Shown here piece by piece: positions 26,001 to 38,000 of a stretch of DNA of 64,000 nucleotides. The notes beneath the pieces are model-generated. The model searched no databases, was not told the origin of the DNA, and saw only the letters and a list, made by a program, of their open reading frames with translations. The position numbers and the translations under genes are program-made. Every line of letters begins with the position of its first letter. The stretch's first letter is position 1. The stretch covers positions 18,848,001 to 18,912,000 of the forward strand of contig NC_134481.1 in NCBI RefSeq assembly GCF_964194025.1, in the 5' to 3' direction. This DNA comes from Convolutriloba macropyga. Lineage: Eukaryota.

Positions 26001-29000
26001 CTAATGCCAAAAAAGCAATGAGAGTGAGGCGAAAACTCTACAAGTGTTCAAAATAAAGAACTCTAAGGCCTTAAAGCCAGGAGAGAAAATGACACAAGTT
26101 CAGCTCTGAATCATAGCTCTGTGGCCAAATAACCACGAGAGCCAGATTTTATGGTCCTATTTTAAAGCCTCAAAGCCCAGAGAACTCTGCAGACTTAAAT
26201 TTAACTAAAAAAATTTCTGTGGCCAAATAGCCACGAGAGTCAGCTTAGCTTTGAAGGTCGTATTGAAAGCAACTCTGAAGTCCTTAAACCAGTAAGGTCG
26301 CCTATTACCACCAACAGCTTTTAACACCAACTCTAATGCCAAAAAAGCAATGAGAGTCAGACGAAAACTCTACCAGTGTTCAAAATAAAGAACTCTAAGG
26401 CATTAAAGCCAGGAGAGAAAGAGACTCAAGTTCAAGTATGGATAATAGCTCTGTGGCCAAATAGCCACGAGAGCCAGTTTTGATGGTGTTAGTCAAAAGC
26501 CTCAAAGCCCGGAGAACTCTGCAGACTTAAATTTAAAAAATATATATATAAATCTGTGGCCAAATAACCACGAGAGCCAGATTTTATGGTCTTATTTTAA
26601 AGCCTCAAAGCCCGGAGAACTCTGTAGACTTAAATTTAAAAATGAATTTCTGTGGCCAAATAACCACGAGAGTCAGCTTAGTTTTAAATGTCGCATGAAA
26701 GTAACTCTGAGGTCCTTAAACCAGTAAGGTCTCCGATTACCACCAACAGCTTTTAACACCAACTTTAATGCCAAAAAAGCAATGAGAGTCAGACGAAAAC
26801 TGTACAAGTGTTCAAAATAAAGAACTCTAAGGCATTAAAGCCAGGAGAGAAAGAGACTCAAATTCAGCTCTGAATAATAGCTCTGTGGCCAAATAACCAC
26901 GAGAGCCAGATTTTATGGTCTTATTTTAAAGCCTCAAAGCCCGGAGAACTCTGCAGACTTAAATTTAAATAAATATCACTTTCTGTGGCCAAATAACCAC
27001 GAGAGCCAGATTTTATGGTCTTATTTTAAAGCCTCAAAGACTGGAGAACTCTGAGACTTAAATTGAACTAAAAAAAATTTCTGTGGCCAAATAACCACGA
27101 GAGTAAGCTCAGTTTTAAATGTCGCATGAAATGAAAGCAACTCTGAGTCCCTTAAACCAGCAAGGTCTCCTATTATCAACAACAGCTTTTAACACCAACT
27201 CTAATGCCAAAGAAGCAATGAGACTCCTACGAAAACTTTGCTAGTGTTAAAAATAAAGAACTCTAAGGCCTTAAAGCCAGGAGAGAAAGGGACTCAAGTT
27301 CAGGTATGAATAATACCTCTGTGGCCAAATAACCACGAGAGCCATATTTTAGAGTCTTATTTCAAAGCCCGGAGAACTCTGGAGACTTAAATTTAACTAA
27401 AAGTAAATTTCTGTGGCCAAATAACCACGAGAGTCAGCTTAGCGTTAAAGGTCGTATTGAAGGCAACTCTGAGGTCTCCAATTACTAACAACAGCTTTTA
27501 ACACCAACTCTAATGCCAAAAAAGCAATGAGAGTGAGGCGAAAACTCTACAAGTGTTCAAAATAAAGAACTCTAAGGCCTTAAAGCCAGGAGAGAAAATG
27601 ACACAAGTTCAGCTCTGAATCATAGCTCTGTGGCCAAATAACCACGAGAGCCAGATTTTATGGTCCTATTTTAAAGCCTCAAAGCCCAGAGAACTCTGCA
27701 GACTTAAATTTAACTAAAAAAATTTCTGTGGCCAAATAGCCACGAGAGTCAGCTTAGCTTTGAAGGTCGTATTGAAAGCAACTCTGAAGTCCTTAAACCA
27801 GTAAGGTCGCCTATTATTAACAACAGCTTTTAACACCAACTATAATGCCGAAGAAGCAATGAGAGTCAGACGAAAACTTTGTAGTGTTAAAAATAAAGAA
27901 CTCCAAGGCCTTAAAGCCAGGAGAGAAAGAGACTCAAGTTCAGCTCTGAATAATAGCTCTGTGGCCAGATAACCACGAGAGCCAGTTTTGATGGTCTTAG
28001 TCAAAAGCCTCAAAGCCCGGAGAACTCTGGAGACCTAAATGTAACTAAAAATAAATTTCTGTGGCCAATTGATAGTCAGACCAAAACTTTCCTGGTGATC
28101 AACATTGGGAATTTTAAGGCTTCAAAGCCAGGAGAGCTATGGTGACTGAGTCCGGGGTTTGGATAACAACTCTGTGGCCAAATAAAGGCAAGAAACAAAT
28201 TTGAAAGTCTAGGGTTTTAAAAACAAGAGAATTCTAGGTTTATATTTTTATCAAATAGCAAAAACCTCAATTGAAGTACAAAATAGTGAATTATTCAATT
28301 GAATTGTCTCAAGTTTAAAAAATCATTACAAAATAACAGAATTGGAAACTGGAAAACAACTTTAAACGTTTAAGCTTGGTTGGTCAGTTTTTGATTTTCA
28401 AGAGTGATCAAAGGAAGTGCACAGTTTTATGGCAAGCGAATCATCTGAGTTTTGCATCTTGACACGAAAAACTTTTTGAAGGCTGCTAGCACTAACAAGA
28501 TTTTCGGTCTTCGTATTCTGCAAACGATACAGAATACCTTTGACGGGACCAATTTCCTCAACAATTTTATGCATTTCGATGACTGCGTTGGTCCTCAATA
28601 TGAACGGCTCCTCTGGTAAGGAAACGAAGTACATAATTTGCCCGAATTTCACTTCACCTTCGACGGAAAAAGACACAAAACTGTTACAATCACCAGACAT
28701 TGGTGCGCGAGAGTAGCATGGAGAATCAAAATAGACGTTATTCACTTTCTGTCTATTGAAAAATGTGGCGTCAAAATAGAGATCTCGGCCTTGCTTTAGA
28801 GACACTGTCTCCTTCATAGCATGATGATAACTTGAATCATCTTCAATATCTTGTCCCATTAGGTTGAGCCAATGATTCTTAAGAAAATCGTTTTTTAATT
28901 TTGTGTCATATAGCCAATGGATTTGTAATAGTCTACGGCATATTATTTCAACTTCATGATGAGAACCAGAAAAATTTTCGCCCAGTACTCTATTAGCGGA

Positions 29001-32000
29001 CTCAAAACTCATTGCTGAGCAAGTAAAGAGTGGACCAAACCTTTTAACTTGGTGGCTGAGATGGCGAAGACAATGAGTGTTGATTGTTTCAATTTTTTCG
29101 TTTCCTCCGAAAAAGTTTACGATTTTTCTACAGAAACAATCCAGAAGTTTTTCAGCCTGTTCAACATTTGCACTTTCACTGGACTCGAGAAGAAGTCTCA
29201 CGCCAAAGACAAAATTAAGCAACTCTTCGTAAATGTTTGGCGAAAGTAACTCATAGAAAAGAACAGGTGCTATATAGAACATCCAGTTAAAAAATTCATT
29301 GGCTTTGAATTGCCCCATTTCCTCTAAACATCGAATTTTCCGCGAATAAGCAATCATCTCTCTCGGACACGCTAATTGCTTCACTGATTCATTTAGAGAA
29401 ATACGTGAAGAAAAATCAAGTAAAGTACGAACACGCTTTAGTATCTCCGGGAAAACTCCAAGTAGCACGCAGTGCATGTAGTCAATGGGAGCCGCCAAGG
29501 GTAAGCCTTCTATTATCAGCGAAAAGGCACTTCGTCCTTTCACTCCCACAACATTGGCCACTGTATCTTTACCAAACGACTCAGCGTATTTCACATAATT
29601 GTCGTGGATGTTAGGTTCGCGTATTTTCCCTTCCTGAAGATACGGATAATACGCATGAGTACGACCAATAGTAACACCTTCTGCTTCACAGTAATGGCAC
29701 CCAAAAAAACCATTGAATTTAAACATGTTGAGAATGTGACCTTTGGCACATAAATCAGCAATGAGAAGTATACATTTGAACTTCACAAAAATCGAGGTCT
29801 TATTGCAAACGGGAACTTCAACTTCCGAGACCAACTCTCCGCGCAACAGGGGAACGATTAGATCCCAATCGGGGGTTTCGGCACCAACATGTAAAGCTGC
29901 TAAGACAATATTTTTGCGAGCTGTTCGAAGAATAGGAGGAAGATCAACAATTTGCATCCAAATTGGCCAAAGCTCTTTCTTGAAAGATGATTTTTTAATA
30001 TTTACACCATCAGTAGATAGAATCAAACTTAATTGGACTGAATTGTTTCTAATTTTTGGTATTGGAGCTGTATTTGAATTTAAATCGCTTTCTGGATATC
30101 GTTCTCTGTAGGAGGCATAGTTGAAAATTTGGTCAAAATTCCTGCATACGATATCACCAAGTTGGAAGCGAAAATTCAATACACAGAAACAACTATTCTC
30201 AACTTTTATCAAAGCCCTCACGGAAGACTCAAAGTTTGACTTCATCTTTTTAATGAAAGATGAACCACAGGGTAAACAGTTATCACTCGGAAGTAGGGCT
30301 TTCACTGTAGAAAAAACTAGCGTAGAACCTTCGTCAGACAAATGTAGTTTAGAACACAGCATTTCAAGCAGTTTACATGCATCAGAAACTTCAACAACAC
30401 TGCCAGCAAAAAGTTTTTCACTAATAGCATCTTCTTCATTGTTTATTAATGACATACTGTCTTGAGCGCAAATTGAAGATACTGAGCAGTCAAGTACACA
30501 GGGGAATTTAGCACAAGGAGAAGACACTCGCGGTACCTCTAAAATGAAGCTGCGAGAATCATCACTCAACAATGCGCATTGTTCTACATTCTGAATTGGG
30601 GCAACGAAACTGTCAACATTTGTTTCAAGAACTTCAACAAAAGGGTCTGCAAAAGTTGCATCATCAGTTTTGTCACCTGCAATTTCCGTTGAATCAAAAT
30701 CTGTAAAACTTATGGGAGCAAGAATTTTAGGTTTGGCATATAAATCGTTACTGAGTCTCACAAGATGATTTCGACGGAACCTCTGTTTTTTCCGCTTCGG
30801 TTGTGCACATAGCTCATTACTTTCAATCAGAGCTTTTAAGCAAAATTCCTCTATAATAATTGTCAAAAGTTCTGAGAAAATCAAATTTGCATTTTCCGTA
30901 ATTATTTCGCAAGTTGCACAACGACATTGATTTTGTTCAAAGAAGTCGGTGCCGTACTTCACTAAAATTTCCTGCCCACAAAAAATGCGTTGCTTTGTTT
31001 TCAGTTGCACGATACCAGTTATACTGGAAAAGTCGTAGTCGCAATTTGGCGAACAGTCCGAATTCACAAATCTTATAGGCCCAACAAGTAATAAGTTTTC
31101 TCCGGTTCTTTCCGACCGCATAACTGACCAGTCTGTGACACCATCTGGAATTGGTCTCACAAAACCAATTGGTTTGCCGCGAAGAACAGTGTTGACAGCT
31201 AGAGCCTCTTGTCCGCAATACATTAAACGATACCCATTATACTTATCGTAAGCGATGTGAAAATCAGGTTCCAACGACCCATACGCATGGCAAAGTTTTT
31301 CATAAGTGTCCTTCCAAACATTTTCGGTTGATATTCTCTTATTGAAAATTCGCTCAGACAAAGGCCTAACTAATTCTTCAGCTGATCTGAATTTTGTTTC
31401 AACGTATCGTTTTACCGCAAACAAATCGCATTGTGCCAAAATTGGCCAGTCAACTTTCTTTGACAGCATATCTTAAAAAAATTTTAAAATGATGACTCTC
31501 TCAGACCAATGTAAAATTCAATGTCAAGAAATAATAGTTTTTTTTATGAACAATCCTGTAAAAAATGAGAACAACAAATGAGATTGCATATGAGATCGAA
31601 ATCCCATATTGAGGCACAAATCATACGAAAGCAAAATCTTACAAAAGCAAGCGAAAACGTAATACAATTGAAAACTTACCAAAGCAACATTAACAAAGAT
31701 GTTACGACCGGCGACGTTATAGAATAAACAACGCTAGCAATAAATAACAACTATATTTAATATACAGAAGCAAACGAGACAACTAATGATATTGCACATT
31801 GGAAAGAAAGCACATGTTTAACGCAAATTAGACGAAAATTTTTCAGTTTCCATATAGAAAACGTAACAGAAAGCATTCGGAGAAACAATAACAAAGGTAA
31901 TATGTCTTTAAATTTCCACAAAACTTGTTAGGGCCGGCGACGTTATAGTATAAACAACGCTAGCAGTAAAATACATTACTGTATTTAATACACAGAAGCA

Positions 32001-35000
32001 AACAATACAACTAATGATATAGCACATTGGGTGGAAAGCACATGTTTAACGCAAATTAGACAAAAATTACTTAGCGTCCATATAGAAAATCTAATAGAAA
32101 GCATTCGGAGAAACAATTACAAAGGTAATATGTCCATCGACTTTAAAGTTTCCACAAACCTTGTTAGGTCTGGCAACGTTACAGAATAAACAACGCTAGC
32201 AGTAAAATAAATAACTGTATTTAACACACAGAACCAAACGAGACAGCTAATGATATTGCACATTGGGTGGAAAGCACATGTTTAACGCAAATTTGACAAA
32301 ATCTATTTAGTGTCCATATAGAAAACGTAACAGAAAACTTTCAGAGCAACAATAACAAAGGTAATTTGTCCATCGACTTTAAAGTTTCCAAAAAACTTGT
32401 TAAAAAAATTTATCACATACAGAAGCAGGAGAATGAGCGCCAATACTAAACTTTTGAAAGCAAGATACAATGAGCAAGTTAGCAGAAATGGAAATCAATC
32501 ACAACAGTTTTCTTCAATTTTGACCGGAGTCGTTTCCTGCGCTTCTTCGCTCAACAGAACGCAACTCATTTCCCAGATTGTTTAGACTTGTCTTCGCCAA
32601 CTCATACATTCCCAGCCACTTATCGTCGTATTTTCGTCGGAACAAATCTAAACAATAAAAAACTAAAAATTATCAAAGACTGAAAATTACCAAAGACTAA
32701 AAAAATTACCAAAGACTGAGTGCTATGTACAGATTTACTTTTTAGCAAAAACTGAACGCGACAGGATTGAGAATTTAGGGACAAAAAAACAAGCAAAACT
32801 CAACCTTTCAAATGAGTTTTCCGAACAGGTGAAAAGTCTTCCCGTGAGTTTCCTGGCCTCGACCTTTTGGGAGACAGTAGATGCTCCATAATCTCATCTT
32901 TTGTCCAAAGCTTTTTAGTAGCATTTCGCGCCAGAGCTTGAGGCGTAGTTCCTTCAACTTTCATTAGATCTTGACCTTGACTCGGACCTTTGAGTATAAC
33001 CAACGCCTCGTCTCCCTCCTCAGGTTTTTTTGGCTCCGGCCAGAGAACTCCCATCTTTGCAATTTGGGAGCTCTGAAATTACACAAAAAAAATACAATTC
33101 TAAAGTTAGAGATCATCAAAAGCTGAGGAGATAGAAATATTGCAGAAAAAAATAGTATATCAAAGTGTAAACAAACCAAGAACTTCAGTTGATTCGAAAA
33201 CTGCTGCAACTGATTGTAATTTCGGTTCGATAAACCCTGTACACTGTTATTGAGCTCCTTGATGGTGTTATTGAGCAAGGCCAGGGTGTCATTCTGTTTT
33301 TGCGTAGCCTCTAACTGCTTTAACAAAAAGGGGTTCAGAAGACTATTGGTGTTTGACTCTTCAATTTGGTCAGGCCTGATAGTTTTACCTCTTCGAACTT
33401 TCTTAGGACCGGGAGTAGAACTGGCTCGCTTGGCCTGAGTTCCCTCAGCTGCAGCCTAAATCAACAATTGTGAAAGCAGACCTCAGAAAAGACCAGCAGA
33501 CCTCCATTTATCTTGAACAGAACTCCAAGCTTCAAATTTTTTAACAGAACTTCAACCAAAAAAAAACTAACAATCAGATAGAAATTTGAAAATAACAGAC
33601 CTCGGATTCGCCAGGTGGAATTCCACTGAAATCCAAGTTTAGCGAATCCTCCAGTATACCCATTGCTTGATCATCGTTTTCGGCCTCACCTAAGATGCGG
33701 TTGACATCATCACCATCAATTATAGGGTATTCACTCTCAGCAACAACTTGATTAGACTCTAAGAAATGCTGAGATGGAACAAAATCAAGTTTTTTGCTAA
33801 CAGTTGGGTTTCCTTGACTCAAAAGTACTTCATTAACGTTCTCATGCAAAGTTAACTCCGGGTCATCGGGAATTTCAAGAGTTGGTTCATAATCCGGATC
33901 ATTCATATTTTCTTGGATTTTGAGACACATTTTCTTTTCTGCCATTTTTACATAACCCTCGTGGCCCATTCTTTTGACCAGAGATCGCCAGATATATGTT
34001 CCGTTTTCAGGGTTCACAACATCAAGTTTCACGTCCACGTAGCTGCCTTGCTAAAGCAGAGATACACTAATTGTTAAGACCTCTATAAAAAAAGCGCTAA
34101 AAGAAGTTCTCTTAACTGGCAGGTCAATTTTAAGGGGCAACGAAAGTTCTCGGTGTCAAGGAAGGTTTATTTTCGTTTAACAATGTAGTAATGACATGAA
34201 ATCACTCAAGACAAAGATGAACTCTGTGCTGTTTAACGATGGATTGATGGAAAAACTGGTAGAAAAACTTACTTGAACTTCCAGGCGCTCAGCAAGACCT
34301 AGTTTGATACTGGTGTTCAAAGCGCGCATTGAGCCACAATGTTTATCACTGAACAAAAGAAGCCACCATCGGTTTTTGAGACTTTCATTAGCAATTTTGT
34401 TAGCAGCCTCCACTTGATCTCTATCAGCTTGTGATAGACCTTTTTTTTCACGTGTTGGTCTTTCAGGAACTACCTAAGCATTTTAAAAGTTCGAATACTA
34501 CATACTGAGGGTTGCTCTTTTGCGTAACTGTCAACAATTTTCCAATTTTATTCAGTTGATGCTAAAGAACAAACATCTCGATATGATTGAAAAAGTAAAT
34601 TTTCAAAGCCTTGAACTTACAATGTTTGGAGTAGTTGTGTTAGATTGACTGGTAACGTCTTCCAGAGGCAAAAAATTGGTTACCTCTTTCACATTCTGAA
34701 GCGTAAGTGCCCCTTTCGAGAAACTGATTACATTTTGTCCTGACTTTTTGTTCACACGGCCTGCTTTGATTGACATTTCAAAGCAAGTTTTTTAAACAGA
34801 ATTGTCTGAAAACAGGTTTGAAGTGTGACAATAGAACTTCTATTTCAAATGAAACTTCGTTACTTAAACGCTGTATATAGTTCACAAATTTCCAAAACAA
34901 TTAAAGATTTGAAAAACTCTAGGTAAGCAAAAGAACACCGATAACGAAAGAATTACCACGTGAGAAAAATTTTAAGGCAAAGCAGCCAGCCAATAGAATC

Positions 35001-38000
35001 TCATTCAAATCCTTAGGAATAAAAGCAAACAACAGTTTGAGTCCGAACTTGACTGTTGTCAAAAAACCTTTACAGCTTATAAAAAATGCTGATTTCTGTT
35101 CACGAAGTTCTTACATGAGAACAATAGAAACCAAAACATGCAAAAAAATTGCTCAAAGAAACGAAAATTTGAGTTCAATTTGTGTTCAATCAAGAATAAT
35201 TTTTTCAAATCACTACCTAATATAGCCGGCAGATAGCCGGCAAATAGCCACAAGTGATTCTCAATCACGATTGGAATTAAATGCTTAGAAAACAAAGAAA
35301 AAGTTTGATTTTAGCACAAAAATTTTTTCTAAGTGAAATTTATGTTGATGTCGTTTCGCAGTTGAACAAACTCCTCGTTCATAATGATAGGCTACAAGGT
35401 ATAGTATCAGTATCAATAAGCATTAGAGATGGAAGCTAAAGCCTATAAGAACAAAGTTCGAGCCCAAGCTTCGTCAAAAACCATTCAGTTGAAACAAGTC
35501 GAACATGAAAATCTTGGTAATTTAAGTAAAACGAAAAACCAAACCCAAACGTAAAAAATTTCAAAAAAGGAGAGCGCCTAGATAGTAGCCACTGAGAGGT
35601 TGACTGCTCTTATTTAAAAAATCAAACTGACCGAAATTGATTGAGAGCAACCATTCTAATTAAAACAAAAATCAAAATGATATATTCCAAGAACATATAA
35701 CGATTGAATTTATCATCAGCTATACAAACAATCAAACAATCAAGTAGCAATCAATGTTTGTTTTTATGCTTGTTGTAAATCAAGTTGTTAGCTATATTGA
35801 CCATAAGATTGGTAAGTTTATGATAGTTTTTGGGTTGTAGATGACATTTTTCATGTTCAGGTTCATCAAGAAAATGGCATCTCGACACAAAGCGATTGGG
35901 ATAATAATATGACTTGAAGTTTTCTCTTAGTTGTTTGTTGAAATCATTTATCTTAACAGAATTGCAATCTTTCCTCGAAAACAACGATACAATACGCAAT
36001 TGGTACGTATTTTCAAAGGGCAAGTGCTCTATCAAATCTCTATAGTATTTGAATATAACTTCATGAGTGACGTGGTTGAAATCATTGCCGCCTAACATTA
36101 TTACAATGTTTCTGAATTGAATAATTCGTGGGTAAAGCTGAATAAGATGAGCTGCTCTTCTTCCACCTTGTGATAACACCTCAATGGGCAGATTGCAAAT
36201 GTTAGCATTCTCGTTTTTTGCACCAAAAGCCCTGACCACGTTACTGTCACCCACAAAAACTACTTTCTCTATCAGTTTCAAATTTTTCACGTCATGGCTG
36301 ATGTAATACATGTAGTCCAACATTGTTTGCACTTCATCATGTCGATCATCGTCATAAAAAATGAAATCGAATCCATTCCGTTTCACAATGTATTGAGGAG
36401 TATTCATTACAGATATATATCTAAAAAAGTTTGAAAATGCATACCACCACTTTGCAGTGTAAATTGGGATATCAATAGGAATTAAATCTTGGAATCAATG
36501 GAAAAAGCAATAATAGGGAACATCGAAAATTTTACTTGGAATCAATTGTCTGCTCTTAAGAACAGCCCAAAGAAATATAGCCGACAGATTGCCGGAGTAG
36601 CTGCGAAAGAATAGACTTTCGTGCGGTATAAAAGAGAGAGAAACATATACAGATCTACATTGAAAAAAATCGACGCCGCTCGAAAAGCTGGGTAAAACAT
36701 TCAGGGATAAATTAATTGTTAAATTTCGTTTTGCAGAAACCTTTCATTGATGATCATTACTCTATGGAAAATTGTTTCAAACAAAAACTAGGCCTAAAAA
36801 AACTATGAATGGATGAAGAAACGCTTTTGGAAATCCGATCCCAAACATCGAAAAATAAGTAAAAATCAGAGTGAAATTGCAGCATGTAAACAAAAAACCA
36901 CTAAAGATAAAATGATTATGTCACTTGAATGGTATTTTTTTTATCTGCTCATGTGAACAAAGTCTTACGTTTGATATTCAAGGCTCGGAAAACAAGAAAA
37001 AAAATAATTCAAAGCTCTACAGGTTACCTAACTTAAATTACCTACCGTATTTGAAAAAATGAAACTTCGCATTTTTTACTACTATCGACGGAGCGTTGAT
37101 TGGATAAACCTCAGAAACAGCTATAGAAGCAGAACAATTATTGACGCATATTAAGTCTTTTCAAATTGAACCCCCAAAAATACAGTGACAATAAAAATTA
37201 ACAAGGAGGCTCGGTTAATGTGCGTACGCACATAATGTTCCGAACCCGCTCATCCATTTTCTTGACTTAATTGTCTACCAAATGATGAACAGATACAAAA
37301 CTAACATTCAAATCGTTCAATAAAAAACCAATGGAATAACAGAATTATATGCTAGAGGGCCGATGAAATTTGCTTTTAATACGACTACTAGAAAAAACAA
37401 TAGAAAAATTAAATAACAAACATTAATCATAAAAAGTAACTACTTAGCATAACTACTTAAAAAATTAAATCAAATTCAAAATCGCATCAGATAAAACCAA
37501 AACAAGCAAATTTTTGTTCAAACATTATCTAGGAAATCATATATGGTCATTGTATGACTACCAAGAATTCACACAAATCATATATGACCTAGTATTATTA
37601 ACAAGAATCATATTTGACCTAGTACGAAATCAAAGAAAGTATGATCGTTGACCCGGGAAGATGCATCAAGTCTCATTTCACTGGGGACAGATAAAATTTT
37701 TATAAATCAGACTTAAAACAGACTGACGGCATGTATAAGTTTGGCTTGTTTTCTACCAAAGTTTCTACACATTTATGGTTGAATGAGGCAAAGCATTTTT
37801 CTAATTCTTAAACAATTTTTTAACACACTTTCAGTGCAGATTATTTGTGCATTATTGAATAACGCAGTTTTATAATGTCCTCTTACTGCAGAAAAACAAA
37901 AGATAGAAATTAAGTTTAAAAAAACATAGCAGGACATTTTCTGACGTACAATTCAAATAGTTTTCATTGTCTAAACAGAAAACGACTGATAACGGACTAT

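Noticed and set aside
22580-28190. CRISPR-like look of a recurring palindromic 23-mer with spacers
   Set aside because: The spacers are themselves repeated in higher-order units, there are no cas genes, and the context is eukaryotic.
29049-30465. Plus-strand ORFs overlapping the transposase
   Set aside because: Antisense shadows of the long minus-strand ORF.
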